From the NCBI RefSeq assembly GCF_032062105.1, contig NW_026937766.1:1-64000 (forward strand): a stretch of 64,000 nucleotides of DNA. Direction: 5' to 3'. Shown here piece by piece: positions 36,463 to 49,258 of the stretch (positions are counted from its first letter, which is position 1; every line of letters begins with the position of its first letter). The position numbers and the translations under genes were made by a program. The notes under the pieces are model-generated. The model was not told the origin of the DNA, made no database searches, and saw nothing but the letters and a program-made list of their open reading frames with translations. This DNA is from Saccostrea cucullata (Eukaryota).

Positions 36463-39400
36463 TTAGTTAACTCTTAAATTGCATATTCCACAACTTTCAT
36501 TTTTAGGTCTACCTAAAAATGACTTGCTTCTACAAGCACCAATTGCCTGACAACTTGTAAAGAATGCTTGTCTTCCTCTAAATAATCTTCCTACATTAAT
36601 ATTCTCTGTATATAATATTTCAGTGTTAACTGCCATGTTTACAAAACATTTTTGAGAAGAGACATCAAAATACAGATGTGGATTATTAGTGGGATCTAAT
36701 AAAATCAATCTTTCTCTTCAAAAATTATCAGCCTGACTATCTTGTACTGTTACAACAAGAGTTACATGATGATTGATATCATGGCAGAAAAAATCAGCAA
36801 AATACAATCTATTACAGGGATTAAAGAAGAAAGCGACAGGAATATTAAGTCTTGTATCTCCAAAGGGTCAAGTCAAAGGTGGACGGAAGAATCCACTGGG
36901 TTGGCATTGTAGGTAGGCACTGAAAAATAGACCCTGTATTTCTCGGTTTAGAACGGAAGCCTGGTCTCCGCCATCATTCTTCATGTATTTACCAATAATG
37001 CCATTTTTCTTATGAAATATGTTGTCATAGTAAAGTTTTGGTTTGTTTCTATAGAGATGAGAAATGGGTACAAAGAACGCTTCCCGGAATGTGGCCCCTC
37101 TGTCGAAGAGCAATCTAAGCTCTCTCTTAGTCATGTCTAAAATGAAAAAAAAATAACACTTGTTAATTACACTTTGAATTGTGGAACCTTTATTCCTATA
37201 AAACCTGTATTTAAAGAAAACCAACATGAGAAGAGTAAAAACTTCATTTTGACTCTCAGATTTATCAATTAACAATAGCTTTTTTCAGTCATGTACAGTT
37301 TACTAGCATATACTGTATGTCATCTCAATATATCTCTCTAAACTTGCAATAAAGACACCATTTGAAGAGTAGCTATATACGTATATGCCACATCTTTGTC
37401 ATATTTGGATCTTTTACTAACGATAGACTAAATGTTATGGCAAACGAGATGAATTAAGCTGTTACTTATTTTTGTAGCAATGCAATTAATATCTCATATT
37501 TTCTGTACAATAAATGTTTTCTACATTAGTGTATTACTTTGATGTTTTCAATCATCATATTAATTGGATCAAACAATTATACATGTATCAGAATACTTAC
37601 AAGCTCGGAAGTCTGATCTTCCAATGGAAGAAAAAATATTTTTTCCGTCAGGTAAATCATTTCCTCTATAAACGCGTAGCTGGTAATCCTTCATCGGTTC
37701 CAGTGGCATTGGAAATTCATAAGTACTATCGGAACAGGAAAAAAATCTCATCCGCATCAAGGTCTTCCAAAAAGATGAAATGTGTCATGTTTGAATCTGA
37801 GAATTGAAGCGAGTAGCTTGACGGCTGAGTGTGTAATAAGTTGAATTCAAAATTTAATGCATTCTGAAATTAGAATGATAGGTGTGTCAAAAATGATAAA
37901 ATTAATTATCTTTTTCAGCTTTTAAAGATATTTTATAAAATTAAAGTCACTCACTGAAGGCGATGAAGACTCATTCTTAGTATCATGTCCAGGATCTGTA
38001 TGAATAGAACACGAGTACATGTAGTAGTAGGTAATAAAGCTAGTTATATACTTTTGTTTTATTTAAATTTCCAATTTATCCAAATGTCCCAGGAGAGCTT
38101 GGAATCAAATACTGTAGATCACTTAATTTTCGCGACACATTATTTTTGCGAGATTGTCATTGACTCTTTATAAGTGAGACAAAATTTTCACGAATTGTGC
38201 TCATTTCTCTAAATAATCTTAAAAAATTCTTTTATACGCGAGAATGAAATTTTCGCGAGCATACCGTCTCGCGTAAATACGCGAAAATAGAGTTCTCGCG
38301 AATAAAAAGTGATTTACAGTAATTACCATCCATTTAATATTTAATTGCATGGTTTATTTTAACTAAGAACTTAAATAACTTTATATGAAGATTTTAGTAT
38401 TATTTCAAAAACGAACAAAGTCACCTTTGGCTTTTTAAACAATGAATACTACAAATGTATAAATAAGCTTTTTTGAACAAAAAAATTGAAATATTTCTTT
38501 TGAAAATTAAATCTACTTCAGTGGCCCTTTTCACAAAAATATTACGAGTAAGACAAAAATTACAACACCCTGTAATATTTATTCAATAAAAATATTTTTT
38601 CTTAATAATTATTTTCAGCGTAATCATAAAATATCAATATTATGTAATAGGGAAATAAGATATTTGTTGCTTAGATATTTGTTGTAGATAAAGAAGAAAT
38701 GTTCGTCTTTGTCTTTAAAAAAATTGTGAAAAAGGCCAATAAAGTCCCTTCAAAAGTCTTCACTTGAACCACCTGCAATAATTTTCAAACCAGTATTAAA
38801 TATAGATCTATATTAAAAATCTCGTAAAATCAATTACCTTTAGTTTTTGATGTAGGGCGAATTACATTTACGAAATGAAGGAATCCTTACCAAGATGAAC
38901 TTTGGATTCAGCGACAACCTTAGAATCCTTGTTCCGTACACCGTATATATGGACTGTATAATTTTTCATTTCTCCGGAGAATGATTCTGGGACTTCCACC
39001 AGTAAATTGTGATTTTCTTTTGTCCCCGCCAAAATTGACAAAATATTTTCAGTTGACCTGTCTGAGATTAGTAGAATTGTGGTGTCCCAGTCTCTCATTG
39101 TTTTCCCATCGCTGTTTTTTATATCCAGGGTTTTCTTTTCCTCTTGTCCACTTTGTAATACGATCCGATGTACTTCAGACTAAAAGAATGATTGGTGTGT
39201 TTAGAATAAAACGGATTGATAAAAAAGCCTGTGCAATTCCCTTAAAGTGATACTAACTTAATAACATTTTTTTTTGTCAAAGATAATGTATATTCAACAA
39301 CAAAAATAAATAAATAAAAATAAGTAAACATCTGATCAGATCAGAAAGAGAGGAAATGCATGTTTTATGAAATTAACAAACATTGCGAACAATGACCGAT

Positions 39401-41389
39401 CTAAAGCAACATACAAAAATACAAATCGGTGAACTCGAGGAGGGGTAATCTTCCCCTGTTGAGTGGTCACACTCGCCGTGAGCCCTATGTATTGATTGGG
39501 AAGACGAATTCTTCCATTTGTCTTTCCTGATAAACTTTATTTTATCAAATAAAATTTATAGCCATGTTGTATATTTTATTTGATAAAATAAAGTACATCA
39601 AGAAAGACACATTGTTAAAATAAACATAACACAGGCCCATGTGAATCAGCTCCGTGTATTGATTAAATAGAAATATACTATTCAGTGTGAAAATAATTGC
39701 CTAATAATTGGTATGAATAAAATATATGGAGATAATGAACACTATTCAAGCTAAAAAGTCCATTAAACAATACGAAAATAGGAACAGAGCAAACAAGGAC
39801 CTTCAAAACATCAGGGTGGGATCAGGTGCCATGGAGGAGTTAGCATCCCCTGCCGACTCTAATGATAGTATAACAAACCTTTATGATAAACTTGATGACT
39901 TTAATTTCTAATGTCTTCAATTTACCTTACTTATACAGCAATATCCCCTTATCACCTCTATTGGGGTGTATGATTTCCAGTTCACTCGATAATTGAAAAC
40001 GATGCAAATATTGATATCAAATACTGACTGACATTTTTCATGCTTATTTTTTCATGACCTGCATACGTTATTTTATATCTCTCAGTTGAATCGATACGCA
40101 AGAGCATGCTCTTTATATGACCATTTGTTTTTGCAATCAAGGCGAGTTGATGACATACAAGTTGCTGATCCAAGAATATCATCAGTCTTGTTTTAAGTCA
40201 TCATTTCGTAAGTTCTATGGTCTATTGCATTGTCAACAAATACAATTTATCATTTAAGTCAAATGCGGAATGTCGTTTTTCACTTATTGTTAGGCCATTA
40301 TTTACACACTAAATTGTCTACGGATTTTCCCCGTTATTTCCCAATCATGACAAGGAGCACACAGCGGGTGTGACCGGTCAGGGGATGTTCACTACTCCAT
40401 GGCACCTGATCCCACCCCTGATGTTTTGGAGGTCCTTGTTTGCTCTGCTCCTATTTTCCTAATTTCGTATTGTTTGACTTTTGAGCTTGAATAGTGTTCA
40501 TTATCCCCATATATTTGATTCATACCAATTGTAAGCCAATTATTTTCACACTGAATAGTCTTAGGATATTTTCCGTTTGCCCGACGCGGGGAGTGTGACC
40601 AGCTTACCTTCCATGGCACCCATTTCTACCTTTGATGTTTTAAAAAGTCCGCTCTTCTCCCAATATAAATAGTTCAATGGAAATGTTTTGAGCGTGAATA
40701 CTTTTGTTATATCACTATATCCATGTCAATGATAAGAACTTTAATAAATACTAAATTCACAAATTGAATACCAGTATATCTTTTATACATTTGAACGATC
40801 CCTATAGGCATTTTACTCGCCTTGTACTCTCTGAATAACAATTTGAATGCACTTTTTATCGCTTTAGATAACAGGAAGAAAATTATTCTATTTCTTTCAG
40901 TTTCATATATGCTGTAGTTAAAAAGAAAGGCATCACAATTTGGAAAACAATAAATGCGGTATATATGGTGCCAGAAAACGTATTTAATTGAATTTTTGGT
41001 GGAATATCGTGATAATATTCAAGCTTTTGTAAAATTTATAATGATCCATTGTCCAAAAATTGGCCCCGTAAGCGTTTAGTAAAAATAAATACGATATAAA
41101 TAACAATGTATGCTTGATACTTTTTAATTTTGTGAGACACAGTTAAAAAGCAAGTAAAGTATTAACTCATATTTCTTTAGAATTCCTCCAGTTCATACAG
41201 TTTTCCTTCAAAATTTATGATGACAGTCCTAAAAACATGGACGTTTAGATTCCATATCGATATTGAATTTCATCAAGTTTGAGTCTATTATGTTTTTTTT
41301 ACTTGATTTAAACTTGACTAAATCTTGATGAGTCTTCCAATGAAAAATAATCTCCCAATTAAAATTTCTCAAAAAACACTTACCGACAT
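36463..41389 (-). pseudogene. PHYHIP-like copy 2, pseudogene; exons 41389-41384, 39179-38891, 37995-37955, 37863-37601, 37136-36463
   Basis: Near-identical to copy 1, but exon 4 is 263 vs 268 nt (frameshift near 37740) and exon 5 has TCA>TGA (36868-36870) and TGT>TGA (36718-36720). Confidence 0.85.
38112..38319. mobile_element. TA-targeting MITE present only in unit B
   Basis: TIR CTGTAGATCACTT / AAGTGATTTACAG with TA duplicated; the empty single-TA site is visible in unit A at 27643-27644. Confidence 0.92.
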
Positions 41390-41957
41390 CACAGGTTGCA
41401 AATCCTAATTAAATTGATTTAAGGAACATCCTTTAGAGGAAATACCATGTTTCCTTTAAATAAGTAGGGAGGGAATTTATTTTGAAGGGTATCTCATTTC
41501 TTGAAAATGAACGATGTAGGTCTTACACTTCAGCTTTTATCAGAAATCATGCCTGTTACCAAACAGAAAGTGGGCCATTTAAATAGATTAATATAAAGTG
41601 CACTACATTGAATAAAGTGTTTGATTTAAAATATAGTCCGGCAAGTGGGTTAACAAGATATTCGCTTTTCAAAGTTTATATATTTCCCCCTGTACTAGTA
41701 TACATTATGAAGTATATGGGACAAAGGGTAATGCAGTGCATGTCTAACTACCTATAACGACGTATTCTAATTTTAAACATTAATGTTTTTTGACAAAAAA
41801 TTGCATATTTTCATTTTTTTAATGAATTTCCTTAAATTATATTTCAGACTAGTGGTCGTGTTTATAAGAAAAGTACACTGTATCTGTTATGATTTAACCC
41901 TCATTGCCCAACCTATTCATGTTACATGAATGTATATTATAATTACTGGGTATCACC

Positions 41958-43218
41958 TATGGCAAGCCCTTTTACTATTTATTTTTGTAAAAAAAATTAT
42001 TTCAATAAGAGAGATCTCTCTCTAGCATAGAGAAATATCTCTTTAGCTTATAGAGATATCTCTTTGACTTATAGAGATATCTTTATACCTTAGAGAGATA
42101 TCTCTTTAAACAAAAGAGACAACATAAGCTAGAGAGATATCTCTAAAAAAAATAGAGAGATATCTCTTAAACAAGGTTAAAAGAGATATCTTTCTTAGTT
42201 CGAGAGATATCTCTTTAGATTTTCAAAAAGCGATATCTTTCTAAGCTAAAGAGATATCTCTTTTAATGAAAGAGATATCTCTTTTCCAGTCATCCTTAAA
42301 ATAAAATAATTAATTCTCCCCTTTAAAACGAAAGCGAAACAGGAAGTAAAGTCTCTGTAATAATTTTGCTGTTATAAGAAAAAAGACTGAGCATGCAATA
42401 CCAAGAATAATACATGTATATGTACTATGTAGACAAAAATGCTATAAATCCCTTGTATGAAACAACAATAATAATGACAACTTCGTTGATAAAAATGCTA
42501 AAAGTTTAATATTCAGGAAAACGAAAGTATAAGCATAAAATCCCCAATGCAATAGACCGAACTTTCTTTGCTAACTAAAATATAGACAACACTGAAATAC
42601 TTGTCATGTGTAGTAAAGCTATAATGTAGAATAGCATTCATATGTCGAAATTTAATAATACTTTATTGTTCTTCCGCGAATAAAAAGCTTACTTCCGGTT
42701 TAGGGAGAATTAATTTCAAATGGAATTTAAATAAAAATAATGAAGAGAGATATCTCGTTGCAATAAAGAGATATCTCTTTTTGTTTGAGAGATATCTCTT
42801 TTAAACACTTTTGAAAGATATCTCTTTCAGTTTGAGAGATATCTAAGAAAGATATCTGTTTTACTTTAAGAGATTTCTCTTAAACTTGGAAAGATATCTC
42901 CAAAAGTTACAGAGATATCTCTTTAGGTGAAAGAGATATTCTTTAACATTCAGAGATATCTCTTTTCACGAAAGAGATATCTCTCAAGGAGAAAGAGATA
43001 TCTGTTCAAGTAAGAGAGATATATCATAAAAAGATATATCTCTCTAAGTGTAAAAGATATCTCTCTAAGTTTAAGAGATATCTTTTTCTCATGGAGATAT
43101 CTCTTAAAAATGAGAGATAACTCTACTTTTTACGAGATATCTCTCTAAAATGAGAGATATCTCTGTAATTTTAAGATAAATTCTATTTTCCGAATAAATA
43201 GTTAAAGGGCTTGCCATA
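41958..43218. mobile_element. IS3EU-like non-autonomous element with arrays of the palindrome AGAGATATCTCT
   Basis: TIR TATGGCAAGCCCTTT / AAAGGGCTTGCCATA; 6-bp TSD ATCACC (41952-41957, 43219-43224); arrays at ~42010-42285 and ~42745-43165. Confidence 0.8.
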
Positions 43219-43488
43219 ATCACCCGCTGTCAATTGTAGAATGGTTGAATAAAGTGTAGAAAAGTCGAACCTTTGATGTTATTGATTTTGGTAAAAAATT
43301 ACTATTTCAAATTTTTTAAAAGTTCTTTGGAATTTTTTAAGTATTCATATCTGATTGTCGCCATTTTTTTTTTTTTTGACTGATGAAGGTTTTCCTTCTC
43401 TGCTATTAATATTTTAGCAATGACTACAGAAACCCCGCCTTATCTTAAGGCATTTCTTCATGAGTTCACCTATGAAAGAAACAAAATA

Positions 43489-43998
43489 AACTAGAGGTAC
43501 TAGAGCAATGAGCTCACTAAATTATACCCACCTCTCATATGAATATAATGGCAGTGTCCATGTTTTGCTATGGGAAACCCAAAATGTGTGTCGGATCAAA
43601 AAGCAAAATAGGAGGTGCACAATTGCAATAAGTAATCAAGATTTTGTGAAAGTCTCATCAAATTTTATTCAGTGGTGTGAAAGGAGTTGCGGATAAGAGA
43701 TGGGTACCCCAAAGCGTAACAGACGAACGGGCGGACGTAAAGACAGACATCCCGATTACTATATACCCTCCCACTTTTCAAGCGGGGTGTATAATAAACT
43801 GCATGGTGAATGAGAATCCTTGCTAACTTCGCTTTTTAATGACAACAGACAATGGTCCTAGACGTACACAATTAGTCTTTTTATAACCCCCGTTTGAAAA
43901 GCGTTAAAACTTGTAGCAAAACATGGACACTGCCATTATATTCATATGGGAGGCGGGGGTATCATTAAGTGAGCTCGTTGCTCACAGTGCCTCTAGTT
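43489..43998. mobile_element. Two HINE/pearl-like copies, 43489-43794(+) and internally deleted 43881-43998(-)
   Basis: Same head, core, GAC(A/G) microsatellite and 3' ccc.cttttcaagcggg stem-loop as the other family members. Confidence 0.75.
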
Positions 43999-46659
43999 CT
44001 AAAACTGGCCTTGTCTGATCTTTTATTCATTTATTTTATTTTTCATTCTATGTTTTTTGATGCATGTGTGAAGAAATAAATGACATGATTTAATGGAGCT
44101 GCCCATTTTCTATAATCCTTCTATGTTATAGATTTTTTTGTATAAAACAATGTCTTTATAATAAAGATAAAACAAACTTTTCTCCACTAAATATTTACCG
44201 TCCTCCAAACAAACCTAAAATGATAATTCGGGTTATAAATCATTTGTTTTCAAATTACAGATTTTACAATCCTTTCTCTTAGGGAGACCGACATACGTTT
44301 TAAGAGCAGCATTGCCTTTCTGTTGCACAAATGATTCAAAAGCTAGACAGTCACTTAACAATTTGTATATATCGATACTCTCAGTGTAAAACACCTCCAC
44401 AACAACCTTTGTACTAACCATAGCATGAGATTCATGGGGTCGCCGAAATAGAAATTTATTGAATTTTGAGTTGAGAGAAAGCAGTCTATTACGGCAAAAT
44501 AAGTCGGCATCCGTACCTTTCAAAGTAACAACAAGCGTCACGTGATGTTTGGTGTAATGACAGTAAAAGTCTGCAAAGTACAGGTTCGTGTTAGAATTTA
44601 TCATGAAACTTGCAGGAATGTGGATTCTTTGGTTTCCGTAATAAGATACTTTTGGGGGTAATCCTGTTTTGGAACTCACATTAGCACTGAAGAATAGACC
44701 GTGGAGTTTTCTATTCAATGATGACGATGGGTCTCCACCAAAATTCTTTATATATTTATGCATAATTCCGTTGGTTTTGTTGTGAATATTCCAAAAAATA
44801 TTGTTGTGGTTTGCTACGATAGAGATGTGAAATGGGATGATAATTTGCACTTTCTCCCATAGTAATGGAAAACATATGCATGAGAGTTCTTTCATGCAGC
44901 ATGGACACTTCTTGGTTTGTCATGTCTATTGAAAAAAAGAAGTCTAATCTTAGACAATTTAAAAAACAAGATATTGAGCTAATTATAATTATTATAAATA
45001 TTTTAAATTGAAGAACGAGAAACACCGACCAGTGAATATTCTTAAAAGTCCATTTAAACATTACAAATTGTTAGAAGAACCAAAATAAACTACTTAACCA
45101 GGAAGGATCAGGTACAATGAAGGAGAAAGCATCCCCTGTTGATCGGTTTTCATGATTACCACAAGTAAACATGAGGATTGTGACTGAGGCTCAAAATACT
45201 TACATGTCCTAAATGAGCAAAGTGCAACTGCAGCAATAAGGTAACAATGGTTTTGGATTCTACACCCCCGTAATGACATTAGTTCATAATCACACATAGG
45301 ACGAAGCTGAAACGGAAAAGTAAACTGAGAAGCTTCTGTGTTGTATAGACGTATAACCCCCGTCTCTATGTCCTTCAGAAATATAAGATTAAAACTTTCC
45401 GTGTTAACGGGGTATCCCTTCTAATTTGATGAAGTCGTTAAAGGCGATGCAGGTGGATTATTGAGTGGGGGTTCTACCCTTGTATTTAGGGAATGAAGGT
45501 CCATTACGGTATATAATGAAGGTGGTTTGTGATCCACGTCTACAGAAAAAGTCCCCTGAAATTAAACAGCCAATAGTTAGCTTCAGGAAGAGGGATGTAC
45601 GTAATATCAAGCTTGAACAAGCATCAGGTTTACATAAAAATGTATTCATTTTATTTAGTTTTGTATTTTAAATACTGAGTACATATTTATTTTGTAGAAT
45701 TATCGTGTTTTGGCTAAGTTCGCACAATTTCGAATCAAAACAAAAACGTATTGCGTGTATAATGTTATCTGTTACCTAAAAGACGAAATCTGCCAAAAAC
45801 TAAAATTCCTGGTTGTAAAATTATGGCAATCTAATGAGTTCACGGTGCAGTTTTTCTCTCTCACCGGTTTTATATAATCTTTGCACTTTATTCTTTACTT
45901 TTTACAAAATTAAAGAAAATATGGGGGGGGACTTATTTGTCAACCACTTGTTACCAATAGGTGAAGGTGCTGAATAATAATCGATCTCATCATTATATGA
46001 ATGGAATCTCAATATATTAAGCCCATTAATCAAGTCAAAATTAAGAATCTTAAGGTCTGGTTGATGAAATTGGAATGAAGAAATATAATTACCACACTGG
46101 AAAACTGTTTCAATGTCTCGATGATCTTTTTGCCATCTTTTCCATCTGGAAGATTATTTGTCTTCATTTTTAACATTTGCTACTTTTGTTCGTTAATTAT
46201 CTATGGTCATTTAAACATGCATGTGATTTCCACAAAAATTTGAATATCTTAGATAAACATGGTTGAAAATGGAATCTACTTTTAAAAAATACTATTCTTG
46301 CTAACATTATTCAATGTACAATGATGTTGTTTATTGCTTGGTATATCTTTTCAGTACATTTTTAAATGCAATACGAACTATAGCAACAAGTATTCCCAAT
46401 GGCATTTTCAGGTAACTGCTTTGTTTGTTAAATGTCAAAATAAAAAACACCTTGAAATAATGGTGCACATGAATAGTTGTGTACATCTGGGGAGAGTTTG
46501 GCATGGAGAGGCAAATTTAAAACAAGATCCTTAGATGTTTCTCTTCCGTCATCAATGAACACGTATAGTACTATAGACTGTGTCCTGTTTTCTGTTATCT
46601 GTAAAATCGTCCATTGTGGTACCGTTGGTTTACGCAGGTTTACTAGGACCCCTTTCTTA

Positions 46660-48517
46660 GGCATACTCTAAAACGTGGCCTGGCCCCTTTGGCCTGGCCT
46701 GGCCTCTAAGTTGGCCTGGCCTCTATTTTGGCCTCTAATTTGGCTTCAAACCAAATTTTGGCCTGGCCTCAAAAGTTGGCCTGGCCTCAAATTTGGCCTC
46801 TGTAAAAATTTTTGGCCTCAATTTTGGCCTCACTCAAAAATATTTTCTTTTTCTGAATTTGATTGATTTTATTGATTTTTTATTGGTTTCATTTTTTTTC
46901 ACAGATTAAGCAGGTGATTAATATATTTCTGTCGATATGTAAATGTGAACATTAAAATAATTATACACTACTACCAATCTGATTTATTTTTATTGATTTT
47001 CTATTGATGTGTTGCAATTCTGAAGACTATAACACAGAGCATATAATTTTACTTTCAAAAAGACACTTTCTTAATGATTTATTAAATGTGCCTTTATTTT
47101 TTTAAATTTCCATGGTAGGAATGATAATTTTTACAGAGTAAAAACATTTACAAAATCAGGGAGAGGGCTAAAATAGGCTGCGCCTGCTGCCCAATCCTAT
47201 TCACGATAACACCAGTGAATAAAATATTGTTTAAATAAAAAAAATATTTAGAAACATCACAATTAAATTATGAAGACAACAAAGAAATGCAGATGAGTAG
47301 TAATTAACTAAGAACTAAAAAGAATTTTAAATTTGCCGTTTTAAGTATTACTTGTTTAATACAAGTTTTTTTAAACTGTCTTTATTTAGAATTAAAAAAA
47401 TCTGTTTGATGATGTTGACTACTTTTACAAATGATAGAAAAAGAGTCAATACTATGATATGCAAGTAACTGGCCACATTTTATATGATAGGGTTCTAATG
47501 GTGAATAGGATGCAATTGTTTTACAGCACAAATGTTAATAATCTATCATCAAACTCAACTTTTGTTTTGATAATTGTAGGTAGTGAAAGTTGTAGCAGGA
47601 AATTCTTTATAAATCATGGGTGGCTTAACAGCCTATGCACATATACATGTCATTACTGATTAACTTCAACCTTTAAACTCCCTGTCAAGAACCCTGCTGC
47701 AGAATTTTTTGTCATTTGATATCCAATTACAGTGTTACGGCACACCAGGAACAGAAAGTTATAAATTATCTGATAATGTTATTTATCTTAATTTTTTTAA
47801 ATACCAAATTTTTAACAGAGTAATCAAATAAGTGTAATATAAATATTTTGGTATCTGTCTTGGTATATTTATTTGAAAAAAAAATCTTAGGTGCTTGTAT
47901 TCATATATCACACAGATGATGCAGGCATAACAGTAACACAACACTCCACAGTGTGTGAAAGATGATGATTCATCTACTTAACAAGTGGGAATTTTTCAAA
48001 GCTATTAATGACATTTGACATGAATTATTACTAGAGTTTTTTTTTAATGTTCACAATTTGGAAAACACAAAATAAACTCTGAAACTTTTTTTTCTAAATA
48101 ATTATAAGCAAGAGTATCGGTAGCGTGTCTGTATGAAATACCTGTAAATAATAAAATAAATAACTTGATCAATTGATAATCAATAAAATAATCCTTGTTG
48201 GTGGTAGTACATGATTATTTTTAATGTTCACATTTACATATCAACAAAAATATATTAATCACCTGCTTAATCTGTGAAAAAAAATAAAACCAATAAAAAA
48301 TCAATAAAATCAAATCAAATTCTGAAAAAGAAAATATTTTTGAGTGAGGCCAAAATTGAGGCCAAAAACTTTTACAGAGGCCAAATTTGAGGCCAGGCCA
48401 ACTTTTGAGGCCAGGCCAAAATTTGGTTTGAAGCCAAATTAGAGGCCAAAATAGAGGCCAGGCCAACTTAGAGGCCAGGCCAGGCCAAAGGGGCCAGGCC
48501 AGGTTTTAGAGTATGCC
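46660..48517. mobile_element. Mutator-like (MULE/foldback) non-autonomous element inserted in a coding exon
   Basis: ~300-bp near-identical TIRs rich in TGGCC repeats, GG...CC termini, exact 9-bp TSD CCTTTCTTA at 46651-46659 and 48518-48526. Confidence 0.9.
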
Positions 48518-49079
48518 CCTTTCTTATGATATTTTGACGAAAATATAACCCTCTTCTGGCAGATCTAAATACAATTAAAGGCAATAGCAATTCAAACTGA
48601 CACTCTATTTCCTTTTAAATTTTACATAAAAGAATGAATGAAAATAGGTAACATTTTTCAAATTATACAATCATGTGCACTTCAAAGCGTAAACATCTTA
48701 AATATAAGATCAATCGATAAAAAACTTATCTAGTAATATGACCCATAAGTTTGTGCATACTTTGTCGGTGAATATTTGGCACACAAATGTAGGCTTTTTC
48801 TTCGTCAAAATTTTGATAATTTTATTTGGTGAACTCGAAAATTGTTAATTATTGATCAATACGTGAACATGAGAGGGGCACTGGTTACAGAAACAGTTTA
48901 GGTAACATCTATACTGAAGAATCGGATTCATGCAACGAAAGTATTTAAACAATACTTACTTCGCCTTCTGGTTAAAACAATACTAGCTTCGCCGTCATGT
49001 TTCGCTGGACTATTCTTTTTTGTTTAAAACATGTTTTTTTGACATTTTAGATTACATTAATCATATTTTAACTGAAATC

Positions 49080-49258
49080 TATGGAAAGCCATAGGGGACC
49101 CCCAGGGTAAGGGTCTATATAATCTGTAGTTTTTACCCTGGCTACCCATGATGTACACCCTGGCCGTCCACCCTAGCCTTCCCATGTTTGCATCCTGGAC
49201 CTCCCATGGTCAGGGTCTATATAATACATGTATATAGTTTTAACCCTGGCCGTCCATA
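49080..49258. mobile_element. Miniature IS3EU-like element
   Basis: TATGG...CCATA termini (TATGGAAAGCCA / TGGCCGTCCATA) and 6-bp TSD GAAATC at 49074-49079 and 49259-49264. Confidence 0.75.

Larger units (their letters stand above)
35602..41641. repeat. Tandem segmental duplication, unit B
   Basis: Colinear with 24002-30667, with unit-specific indels. Confidence 0.9.

Noticed and set aside
36718-36870. In-frame TGA codons in copy 2 as selenocysteine (one replaces Cys)
   Set aside because: The other replaces Ser, an upstream 5-bp frameshift already breaks the ORF, and I saw no SECIS-like structure.
42010-43165. Repeat-spacer pattern resembling a CRISPR array
   Set aside because: Repeats are 12 bp with ~10-bp spacers, enclosed by TIRs and a TSD, in eukaryotic DNA with no cas genes.
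46675-48466. Two similar WP-rich ORFs (46675-46866 + and 48221-48466 -)
   Set aside because: They are translations of the TGGCC-rich TIRs of the MULE-like element.
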